Assembly (NCBI GenBank): GCA_038087875.1
Contig: CM075992.1
Location: 1 to 62,000 of the forward strand
Source: Malacoraja senta
Lineage: Eukaryota
DNA length: 62,000 nt
Reading direction: 5' to 3'
Shown: positions 44,409 to 56,478 of the stretch, piece by piece
How the letters are laid out: every line of letters starts with the position of its first letter
How positions within the stretch are numbered: the stretch's first letter is position 1
Program-made: the position numbers and the translations under genes
Notes under the pieces: generated by a model
Database searches by the model: none
The model's input: the letters and a program-made list of their open reading frames with translations, nothing else
What the model was told of the DNA's origin: nothing

Positions 44409-45979
44409 GTTGATATGGGTGAACAAAGGTCAGAGATGAATTGAAGACAAAAGGCTGTGAGTTGAGATGGAGAGTGAAATGGACACCCAGAGGAAGGGAT
44501 GTCAGTGGACGGAGACATGGGGGAAGAGGTACAGCGGCAGGATGGTGGGAGAAATTGGTGCACATTCAGGTCTAGCATAGGAAAGAGAGGTGGGTGTGGG
44601 GGGAGAGGGGAGTGGGAATGTTTGGCTTGTTACCCAAAATTGGAGAATTCAATATTCAGGCTATTCTGTTGTAAGTTACCTAAGCCGAATATGAGGTGCT
44701 CTTCCTCCAGTTTGCATGTGGCCTCACTCTGGCAATGAAGGAGGCCTCAGACAGAAAGGTCAGTATTGGAATGGGAAGGACAGTTAAAATGGTTAGCAAC
44801 CAGGAGATCCAGCAGGCCTTGGCGGACCAAACGCAAGTGTCCGGCTAAACGGTCGCTGAGTCTACATTTAGTCTCGCCAATGTGAAGGAGGCAACAATGG
44901 GAGCACTGAATAGATGAGGTCCAGCTTTTTGTGTCTATCTTAGGTTAGAGGAGGTGCATGTAAACCTTTTTCTCACCTGGAAGGACTGCTGGGGTCTCTG
45001 GATGGATATGAGACTATTTGTTGTATGTGACGGCTAGTGGGGTGAAAGGTGAGGACTAGGGGGACTCTGCCCTTGTTACGAGTGGGGGGATGGGGAGAGA
45101 GAGCAGTGTTGCGGGGTATTGAAGAGACCCTGGTGCGAGCCTCATCTATAGTGGAGGAGGGGAACCCCCGTTCCCTGAAGAATGAGGACATTTCCGATGC
45201 CCTGGTGTGGAACACCTCATCCTGGGAGCAGATGCGGCGTAGACCGAGGAATTGGGAGTAGGGGATGGAGTCCTTACAGGAAGCAGGGTGGGAGGAAGAG
45301 TAGTCTAGATAGCCATGGGAGTCAGTGGGTTTATAGTGGATGTCAGTCAGAAGTCTATCACCTGCGATGGAGTAAGTTGATATGGGTGAACAAAGGTCAG
45401 AGATGAATTGAAGACAAAAGGCTGTGAGTTGAGATGGAGAGTGAAATGGACACCCAGAGGAAGGGATGTCAGTGGAAGGAGACATGGGGGAAGAGGTACA
45501 GCGGCAGGATGGTGGGAGAAATTGGTGCACATTCAGGTCTAGCATAGGAAAGAGAGGGGGGGTGTGGGGGGAGAGGGGAGTGGGAATGTTTGGCTTGTTA
45601 CCCAAAATTGGAGAATTCAATATTCAGGCTATTCTGTTGTAAGTTACCTAAGCCGAATATGAGGTGCTCTTCCTCCAGTTTGCATGTGGCCTCACTCTGG
45701 CAATGAAGGAGGCCTCAGACAGAAAGGTCAGTATTGGAATGGGAAGGACAGTTAAAATGGTTAGCAACCAGGAGATCCAGCAGGCCTTGGCGGACCAAAC
45801 ACAAGTGTCCGGCTAAACGGTCGCTGAGTCTACATTTAGTCTCGCCAATGTGAAGGAGGCAACAATGGGAGCACTGAATAGATGAGGTCCAGCTTTTTGT
45901 GTCTATCTTAGGTTAGAGGAGGTGCATGTAAACCTTTTTCTCACCTGGAAGGACTGCTGGGGTCTCTGGATGGATATGA
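44045..45979. repeat. 967-bp near-perfect tandem duplication (44045-45011 / 45012-45979)
   Basis: Only a handful of differences seen. Each unit is a young PLE RT piece plus an older PLE GIY-YIG remnant. Confidence 0.95.
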
Positions 45980-47559
45980 GGGAAAAGTATAGATACAGGT
46001 GTTACATTGTATGTGACGAGGTAGTGTTTGGGAGGGAACGGATGAATGAATGAGGGAGCGGTCTCTGCTAGGCCTTACTGTGTCCACTTGATCCTGAGGG
46101 GCAAGGGCCATGGGCTGTGGTGCCGGAGGGAATGGGAGGGCTAACAGTGTGCTTTTTACACCACAGATTCTGCTTTGTGATGTGGTCTGGAGCAGCTTGT
46201 AGGACCGTCGCTATTGCAAACTATCATATTGTAATTCCATGACTAACAATGCAATTACATGTCAATTGCTTTTGCTATTACATTGATGTCAGCATAGCAT
46301 TAACGGATATTAATCCCTCCTCCACTGCAAACCTTACACAGCTGTCCAACCAGACCGTGCTCCTGTGCCTACACTGTCATTTACCCCACTGTAAGTTTTC
46401 TATCTGCTCAAAGTAATTTGTTTCCGGTTGAGGAAGCTTCCTTATCACCTTGTGTGTGCATTCCTTTTTCCTTGTGTGTTGTCCCTGGAGGTTACAGGAC
46501 CTGCTGCAGCGCAGGGTGAACCTGACAGGTGCCATAACAGAAATATGCAAACACGTCATTTGTATTAGGCTAAACATTCCTGTTGACCAAGATGAGAACA
46601 GTCCCCTTCCTGCACTAATTAGGACAGATAACACCAATGCAAAATGCCAGATTCACAACTGTCATGGACTATGAATAATGTCAGTTGAAATAGACTGTGT
46701 TTCTTGCCAGGATCAAACATCTGCTGCTAAATATTCTAATTGTTATTGCTCTTTTCTATTTCTGGATTTATTGGCTGGTGCTGTGACCTTGCAAGGTTTA
46801 CAGGAGGGCAGTTGTGTCAGGAAAGTGAAAATTGCATTGTGTTTAGGGATTTGCAAGTCAAATGATTAACTCTTTTCCCTTCTTGGGAACTTGCTTGCAC
46901 TTCCTAGGGAGGGGATGTAGGCATTTTGGGGGCTTGGTCTGGCTGTGGCAAACCTGCCTCTGCTCCACAGGATGTCTTACGTCCAGTCCTAAAACACTGC
47001 CTCTGCTACTCTGCTATGACAATGCTCTCTCTCTGTTCTGGCACCTCCTTATCTTCTAGCAATCCTGCAGGCCCAACATGGATTAACCCAAAGTCAACCT
47101 ATTTCCACATTTTATAGATCCCGCAGGGAATTTAGGCAAAGCAGCTATCAGGCGAGTTCGTATTATCAACTTATTCTATTTAATTATTAAAAAGCTGTTC
47201 AAATGTCACACAAATTCATCAAGTTTAAAATAGCAACTATAATTCACTTTAGAAGGACATAGGTCTGCAGTATCAAGGGTGTGCAGAGTGGGCGAGATGG
47301 TGCAATAAATCATGATTCGTTAAGCCCAGCCAACATTGATTTCAAAAGCCGGAAATCTGTAGAAAGGAAGGACAGGAAATCAGAATCTCCATTGCTTGAC
47401 GATCAGGATGATGGCAAGTTCATTGACAGACCGTGATTCTAGCAACTTTGGGTTGTGGAACAAAAATTATCACCTTTAGAGACAGGAGGCCATGAGCATG
47501 TCTTGGTAATGCGAAAGCAAGGTCTATGAACAATATTGCCAGCAGGTGACAAGCAAGGT

Positions 47560-47985
47560 ATATAGAAACATAGACATAGAAAATAGGTGCAGGAGTAGAC
47601 CATTCGGCCCTTCAATATGATCATGGCTGATCATCCAACTCAGTATCCTGTACCTGTCTTCTCTCCATACCCCCTGATCCCTTTAGCCACAAGGGCCACA
47701 TCTAACTCCCTCTTAAATGTAGCCAATGAACTGGCCTCAACTATCTTCTGTGGCAGAGAGTTCCAGAGATTCACCACTCTCTGTGTGAAAAATGTTTTTC
47801 TCATCTCGGTCCTAAAGGATTTCCCCTTTATCCTTAAACTGTGACCCCTTGTCCTGGACTTCCCCAACATCGGGAACAATCTTCCTGAATCTAGCCTGTC
47901 CAACCCCTTAAGAATTTTGTAAGTTTCTATAAGATACCCCCTCAATCTTCTAAATTCTAGCGAGTACAAGCCGAGTCTATCCAGT
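47560..47985 (-). mobile_element. CR1 3'-end fragment (same subfamily as 56479-59540)
   Basis: ORF 47640-47969 YSLEFRRLRGYLIETYKILKG...GYGEKTGTGY plus tail. Confidence 0.9.
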
Positions 47986-49559
47986 ACCTAATGCAATGTT
48001 TCACTAAACTCAACAGGGAGAAACCCACAGCTCCCACTTAACACAAACCTCTCACGTGCTGCTCGAGGAAGTGACTGTCAGTCAATTTGAGGAATCTAGG
48101 GCCTATCTTAATCCACATGGGTTTTAAAGATACGTGCGGCTCCATTAGTTTATCAGACTTGTAATAAATGCCAGTCTCTCCCATCATAGACGTCAAACCC
48201 AACTTCCCTCTGATAGCGACAGTCACTCCCAATGACAGATTGCATTTTCTTGTTTACTAAACTGTCATAAACTGTCTCTATTATTTCAGCTCTGCATTTC
48301 TGTTTGTTTATACAGTGAAACATGAAAGCACAGTCGGAGAGCAGGAGCGAAGAAGAACTCGTATAGTGTTGTTATACATGTTAATATTCTGCATATCAGT
48401 TGGGTGTCACCCTTTCTGACAAGGAACACTCCATTTACATTGTAGAATGAACGCTATTCTAACCAACAGCATCATCTTACCTTCCTAAGCACAAACATGG
48501 AGGCTTGGCTCTAATATGCTCCCTCATGCTGGCGATACAGAAATAAGCAGATTATCTGAACAATAAATGTGAAGAGAGGTGAGGGGTGAGGAGGGGGTGT
48601 GGGGAGAGGAATGCCACAGAAGTTCCCCACTTGACCCTTGGCAGGCCTGGCACAGCAGGACAAGGGCAGGGTCAGTGCCTCAAGGCCAGAGGCAGCACTA
48701 TAGCTGACCGCACTGACACTGGGGCATCCTAATGGGCCGAGATTAATGAAATCAGCCTCAGCTTGCAAAGATGCTCTGGAAATGTGTTTAGTATAATAGG
48801 ATCTCTCCTGTGGGTTGTGCGAGGGAAGGCGTGGAAATTAATTAACGAGAGGCCAGACCAGGGAGTGTCACTGTGGATTCTATATCTGGCCAAGAGCAAC
48901 CTCCAGTCCAGAGGGAGGAGGGAATGATGTATTGTACTGAGCTGGCTGTGGTGTGGATGATGTTACACATCACCTTCACTAGTTGCTGAGAGATGTGATG
49001 GACAAATGCTTTGGTCTTTATTCTGTACAACTCATTACTCCTGGTCCAAGATTTTCTTTAACCATTCTCTGATTGGCTGGCAACCATCTCATGCAAACTA
49101 ACTACGGAACACATTTGATATTCACGCACTATCTGCTAAAGAGGTGAATGCCGAGTACATGGTGAAGGTGAACCCTTCTTCAGAATGGGTTTGTATTTAT
49201 GAAATTACACTTGGGATGTACCACTGTTACTTGTATTGACCATTAGTCTGAAGAAGGGTCTTGACTTGAAACGTCATCCATTCCTTCTCTCCAGAAATGC
49301 TGCCTGTTACTTCAGCATTTTCTGTCTAGCTTCGATTTAAACCAGCATCTGCAGTTCATAGAAACATAGAAAATAGGTGCAGGACTAGGCCATTCAGCCC
49401 TTCGTGTCAGCACCGTCATTCAATATGATCATGGCTGATCATCCAAAATCAGTACCCCGTTACTGCTTTCTCCCCATATCCCTTGATTCTGTTAGCCCTA
49501 AGAGCTATATCTAACTCTCTCTTGAATACATCTTCCTTCCTAGTGATAATGAGACACTG

Positions 49560-50720
49560 CAGGAATTACCTTATTAAAACTTAAACCACCTAAGATAAAC
49601 CCTGTATGGAAATACACACTCCAGGGTGATCCATGTAACAATTGATGTACTCCAGGGAATACCATTAACAGTGATACATCTCAGGTGTAATTCCATAAAT
49701 ACAAACACACAGCAACGAATACTATCCATTCCAAGGAATGCCTTATAAATACCGATACACTCTAGGGAGAGCCTTTACACAGTAACCAAGTCCAGGGATT
49801 AAGCCATAAATACTGACCTACTGCAGGTAATATTGTGGTTTTTGACACACAGAGGTATTCCTGCAAATGCTGTCACATTCCAGATAATATCTTCTGTGCA
49901 TTGGCACATTCCAGACATTACACTATGAATACAGACACACTTCAGGGAATACTCTGTAGATATCAGAACAATCCAGAATTACTCTGTAAACGCTGACTCA
50001 CTCTGGGGGGAGGGGGGAGGGGGGGGGGCAACAGCTATGCATGTGTCCATATATTAACATGGCCCTCATATGTAATGACATACTCAACTGAAAATACCAA
50101 TACATTTGGGGAATATTCCATAAATAGTAAGATTCCAGTGATTACCCTGTAGAATGTAACACACTGCAGGGAAATACTGGAAACATTTATTTGGGACACG
50201 ATGGGAGAGCCATTTGCCCAATCGAGTCAATGTTAACACATTGACTCATTGTTGAATCTGAAGAAGGGTCTCAACCTGAAACGACACACTCCAGCGAGAT
50301 CTGTGTAGATACCAACACACTGCAAGCAGCTCCCTCTAAATACCCACACTCTCCAGGTAATTCCGAAGATCCCGAGGCTCCTGGCTCACTGTAAATAGTG
50401 ACAACCAGCAGGCAATCTCCAGGAATAGTTCTGGAAATATCGACACACTCTTAAAAGTTCTGTAAATATAGACATAGTCTAGATAATACCCTGAAAACAC
50501 GGACACACTCCAGTGAATGCCCAGTAACTACTCAAACACTCCTGGGATTACTTTGTTAATCTTGATACATTAATAACCTGTATATGGGAATGGACTCCGT
50601 AATCTGAAATAACACAATTTGTAGAAAACACAGATATACACTTCAGGAAGAGTTCTAAGAACGCTGCCACACTCCATAGGAATACCATGCAAATACCGAC
50701 ACACTCCAGAGGAGTCATAG
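49560..50720 (+). repeat. Ancient degenerate ~31-33-bp minisatellite
   Basis: Recurring (G)ACACACTCCAGGGAATA..TGTAAATACTG consensus. Confidence 0.75.
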
Positions 50721-50729
50721 AGGTATGAA

Positions 50730-51100
50730 TATTGACCTCTAACTTCAACCAACCCTTACTTTCCCTGTCTATCCATCCCTCCTCCATCCTAGTTCTCCAA
50801 CTAGTTTCACTGTCCTCCTGGTTAAATTTTACTGTTTGTATGCCTTGTTGTCACCTTCCCCTCAGCTAACAATGAACCATTCTACATTTCCTTGATCATC
50901 ATCCCCTTTGATCTGTGTTTTCACACCTTACCCTTCCTGTCTTTATGTCTCCCTCTCCGCTGACTCTCAGTCTGAAGAAGGATCTCATAACCCAAACATT
51001 ATCTATTCCTTTTCTCCAGAGATGCTGCCTGTTCCACTGTTACTCCAGCATTTTGTGTCTATCTTTGGTGTAAACCAGCATCTGCACTTCCTTCCTACAC
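50730..51100 (+). mobile_element. Penelope-like 3' terminus (degenerate hammerhead)
   Basis: ATGAATATTGACCTCTAACTTC (end of GIY-YIG ORF), CT-rich UTR, AGTCTGAAGAAGGATCTC, GATGCTGCC..TTACTCCAGCA. Confidence 0.75.
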
Positions 51101-54100
51101 ACGGTGTATTTACCCTCTCTATTCTCCTCGTGATCTTGTACACCTCTTTAAGATTACCCCTCATCCTCCTGCACTCCAGGTGGTCATGCAGTGGAGTATT
51201 GACCAATCCCCAATCAACACAGCGAGAATTTGCGAGGGAGTGGATGAGAACAATGGTCCATTGCTTCACAAAAACCAGCAGGAGTTTCAACCTCACTGCT
51301 CGAAAGAGTGGTAGATGACAAAATCCTCTCCACATTTTACAAAGTATCTGCTGGAGTACTTGGAGAACTGTAACTCTGCAGAACCACGCTCTAAGAGCTG
51401 GAATGAAGGATTGACCATTATGGGTTGACATTCACAGTTGTTTGTAGCTAAGATAGGAGCGTTGACATTGTCCAATTTTGTTCAAGGTCAAGTTAATTGT
51501 CAAATGCTTGAGTATGGTGAGGCCACTGTACAGAATGCTTTCTCGTTGCATTCTCATATACATGCTCACTTACAAAGGGCAAAGATTTGCAGATGAACTT
51601 GGTGTTGCATCTTTAATACCCAGTTCACTACAAACACTTAAAGCCAAAGTAATTTCACAAAAGCCGAACAATGCCACAGATATTCTTCAGAACAAAGATA
51701 TATTGGAGGACACCCAGAAAGCCAAGTGCATTGAGTGGCTGGCAATCGATCCGGCTCCATGCAGCCTCTACATGTGTACAGTCACGAAGATTCTGTGCTT
51801 TAACGTGGATCCAGAGATGTGCTCAGGTTCCAGCTGTGAATTTCAGTTCAGCAAATTAAATAATGTGGAATAAGTACCCAGCATCAGTACGGTCTAACTA
51901 CACTCTGTGGTGAACTTCAAACATTGCAGCTGAGACGTGAACAAGAAAAACAAAGCCATGGAAAAGTAATATTGATGTTTATCAATGGTGGTAATTTGCA
52001 AATATCAGTCAGCATATTTGTTGCCTAATCTGCTCAACTGGTTTTCAGATTTTACTCAGCCCCAGCACATCACTCCCGTGACCAATCCATATTCTCCAGA
52101 GATGCTGGATTATTGCTCTCACTTCCCTGGATGAGTATAGCTCCTGGAACACAAGAAGCTAAAGACTATCCAGGGCAGAACCACCTGGTTCATTGGTGTC
52201 CTATTGCTCATGCTAAATATTCATGGCATCCACCACTGGTGCCCTCTGGCTGCATTGAAGAAAGTCCATATCGATGAACAGAGCACAGTTTGATGGTGTT
52301 ATGTTCAACCATGGTTCCTACTGGCAAGGCAGGGCCGCTAAATTTAATTGACTTTGTAAACCACACTTCGACCACTATGTTTTTTTCTGGTTCTGTGGAG
52401 TGGAGACTTGCTACTATATGGAATATGGGTGATAGAGGGAATGCAACAAAGGTTATTCCTGGTATGGGCTGATTTGTTCTCAAAGCAAAGATTAAGCAAA
52501 ATGGGCATATGTTCCAAGAAAAGACACAAACTGTTGGAATAGTTCAACAATTGTCTTGCATCTCTGGAGAATATGGATAAGTTATGTTTCAGATTGGGAC
52601 CTTCAAACTGTTTGGGGAGGGGAGGGGGAGAAAGCTGGTAGAAAAATAAAGGGGAAAAACGGCTAGTGTGGGGCTGGTTTGGTTAATTACCTAAAATTGA
52701 AGAATTTAATGTGAGGTGTCTAGAACCAGGGTCCATAGTCACTGAATATGGTGTCGGCCATTAAGGACAGTGAGAAGCAGAAACAACTTTACCCAGACGA
52801 GGGAGAGGCGATGGACTGCTGAGTTTGTTCAAGAGAAAGATCGGTAGAATGTTAGATACTGTGGGAATCAAGAGAGGATGAGTGCAGGAAAATAGCGCGG
52901 AGGTAACAGATCAGCCATGACATCATTGGGACAAAAAGGGTTCTAATGCTTCCTCTATTTTTATCTCTATCTAACCATGGGACATTGACTCTCTTTGGAC
53001 AGATGCTTCCCAATTTACTGTGCATTTCCGGAATTCTCTGTTTTCATTTCAGACTTACAGTGCTTCAATATTTTGCTTTTGTCTTTTTGTCAACAAAGTG
53101 CCATCCTTCAGGCCCCATTTTCACAAGCTGCAAAATGTGAGCAGATGGTAGATAGGTTGCGAGCAGTAGAAGGGCGCTCTAGGGCTTTAAGTTCCAGCAC
53201 ATGACCCTTGATGATGAGTGGAAAGGCAGAGAATACACCTTCCAGAATCCATGGTTTTCCCATCACTCAATATATTTGTGGGAAATGTTGACCACATCAC
53301 AAAGCAGTTTGCACACCTCCGGGAGAGCATCACAGGATAAATGCTTCTGGTGCAGGAGTCTGGAACTATGGAGCAGAGTTTGAAAGTAAAGGCTGATTAG
53401 AGGAGGAATGCCATCCCTTGATCTTTGGACTTCAGCGACAGTCACTGGATATATTCAAGACGCATTTGGATGATTTTCGTTCCATGGGCGAGTCAAAAGT
53501 CAGAAGGAATGGGCAGGAAAGTGAAACTGAGATCAGACCGACCACGATCTCATTGAATGATGGAGCAGGCTCAAGGGGTCATGTGCTGGATCCTGCTCCT
53601 CATTCTCATGTTCCAATGTTCATACATCTCAATGCAATCCTACTATAAAAGGGTTAAACCATTTGAACTCTGGTAGATAAGCTGGTCCCCAAGATAAGCA
53701 GATTCATATGCTACCATGCACAGTTGTGTTCTTGTTGCCTGATAGGAAATTTGTATGCAAGTCTCTCTCTGACATTTATTTTGTACACATACAGTAGCTG
53801 CTGAGTCTATAGGGATCTCTGAGCCTTGGAATTTATCCAGCAAATTGCAAAATGTGCCTATGTTTGCAAACCAGCAGTCACCTTCCTGGAAGACTGTTAG
53901 CCACCAACTAGTGACTCTGCACAAAATGACAAACTAATCCATGACCTCTCCTCCTGCAGCAGGATGTCAAGTGCAATCATTTTACATTTTGCTTCCCTCT
54001 CTCTCTTGTTGCATTTAACCCTCTGAGTACTCTACCTGGTAATGGAAGGGTTGTCCACATCAGTGGCTGGCAGCTAATACAATGGTGAAATGCACCGATG

Positions 54101-55829
54101 CGACAGATTATCTCCATACCCAGGCTGTAGATATGCAGCTGCAGTATGAGAAGACTTCCTATTGAGATTGGGTAGAATAATCAAGTAAAGCCTACTTCTC
54201 ATCTCTTTAACCATTCGGGTTCTGTTTCTTTAACCTCTACCAGGTGTTGTATTAGATCACACTCCACGTTTGCTGCAGTGGTGGTTGTAGTACTCCCACA
54301 TTGCCCTGAGGTGGTGCCTGCAGGTTTGTGGCTGACAGTCATGCTGCCACAGGCTTGGCTCCAACCCTCCAGAGCTGCCTTAGCACAGCACAGCACACCC
54401 TGTTATATGGAACACTGTGATTAATATCATCCATCATCCAATGGACATCATGGATAGACTTCCTGGTCAATGACACGGCTTTCAACACCAGAGGGCAATA
54501 ACAAGGAACTCCGCGAGACAATAACCAAAGCAAATCACTATTATCCAAAAGACAGTGCTTTCAATAGTGGAGTTTTCTGGCTGAGGACCGAGATTTCCAC
54601 CAGTGGCTCTGGAATGGAGTTGAAGCTACAAGTTTTCCAAGTCAATAAGCTACTGACTGAGCCACAGCATAATCTGAAGGAGCACAGGGGCAGAGATGAA
54701 GTATACCCCATCCTGGGACAACAGGCTGAATGATCAACCTGACCTCAAACCAACCAGAAGTCACGCTCACCCCTCTGGACCAACTGCTGCATTACATAAA
54801 ACCTCGTACACAGAACAGTAGAGTACAGGAACAGGCCATTCGGCCCACTATGTCGAATATGAAGCCACGTTTAACTAGCTCCCTCTGCCTGCACGTGATC
54901 CATATCCTTCCATTCCCTGCATATCCACGTGCCTGTCTAAAAGCCTCTTAAACACCACTGTCATATCTGCCTCCACCACCACCCCTGCAGCACATTGCAG
55001 GCCCCCACCACCACTTGCTCCGCACACCTCCTTTAACTTTGCCCCTCTCACCTTAAAGCTATGCCCTCTAGTCTTTCCACCACTATGTTTCAGTGAATAT
55101 TTTTAAGGCAGAGATAGGTAGATTCTTGATTAGTACAGGTGTCAGAGGTTATGGGGAGAAAGCAGGAAAATGGGGTTAGGAAGGAAAGATAGACCAGCCA
55201 TGATTAAATGGTGGAGTAGGTAATGGGCCAAATGGCCTAATTCTACTCCTATCACTTGTGACCTTAGGACCACCCTCAGTGAAAGATTCTGACTGTCCAC
55301 CCTATTCACGACTTTGGTTTACACCAGCCCTTCCCAACTGAACTCCGCCTTCCCATAAATCCCATAATATCTTTTCCAATAGCTACTACAGATCATTGAC
55401 CTGAAATGTTACCCATGTTTCCTACTCCATAGCTGCTGCCTTCCTCATTGAGTATTTCCAACATCTTAAGTTTCAAATTCATATTTTGCTAATCATTTTA
55501 CTTCATGTTCCCTCATTTCTGATTCTTCATCTTCTGAGACATTCTTTCATGGAATAAACTTGACAGATTAATTTATTCATTAAGTATGCGGATATCCTTG
55601 TACAGCATTGGCCAGTGCCAAATTTGTTCCATGGCCTGACTATCGTGGTGGGTCATTTCAGAATCAACCACACTGGGCAGTCTGGGCATTGGGCACTGGG
55701 CAACCACATAGTCCAGGCCAGCTGAGATCTCCTTCTCTGAGGAAATTAGTGAAGCAGATTGTTTAATTTTTAATCTGTCAATCCTGCAGTTTAAAGTTTA
55801 CCAGCTCTGCAACTGTATACAACATTGAT

Positions 55830-56340
55830 TGTATTTACGACCACTAAAGGTCAACGGAGGATGCAATCTTGCTGGTACACCACTCTGTACTGGATCACTT
55901 GGACAATAAAAACACTTACATCAGGCTGTTGTCCATCGACTACAGCTCAGCGCTCAACTCCATCAACCCTTCCAATATGTTTCCCTAGCTCATGGAACTG
56001 GGTCTCTGCAAATCCCTCTGCAACTTGATCCTCAACTTCCTCATTAACAGAACATAATCTGTACGAATCCTCCTTGATAACATTAGCACAGGAGTACCTC
56101 AAGGCTGTGTACTCAGCCCCCTGCTCTCTACTCATGACTGTGTAGCTGAACACAGTTCAAACTCCATCTTCAAATCCGCTGATGACGCTACAGTTGTTGG
56201 ATGAATTACAGATGGCAACAAGTCAGAGTACACAGCACTATTCAAAGGCTCAGAGTGTATTCAACTGACCGAGTGGTGCCAGAACAACAACCTTGCTCTC
56301 AACATCAGCAAAACTAAGGAACTGATTGTTGACTTTGGAA
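55830..56340 (+). mobile_element. Rex1/Babar-like RT fragment, degenerate
   Basis: HLDNKNTYIRLLSIDYSSALNSI, GVPQGCVLSPL, KSADDATVVG, NNLALNISKTKELIVDF. Confidence 0.8.
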
Positions 56341-56478
56341 GATTAATTCAGAGAATGGAGGGATATGAATGACGTGCAGTGAGAGGAGTTCAGTTTAACT
56401 TGGTCATGTTCGCCTTGGACATTGTGGGCCTAAGGACCTGTTCCTGAACTATACCACTCTGTGTTCCATTTTCATGTC

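Noticed and set aside
48316..48360. Possible micro-exon (KHESTVGEQERRRT) after a TTTCTGTTTGTTTATACAG acceptor
   Set aside because: Weak donor (GTATAG), no recognisable protein, no partner exons.
51478..51873. 131-aa ORF in unique sequence
   Set aside because: No motifs or splice support; length is compatible with chance.
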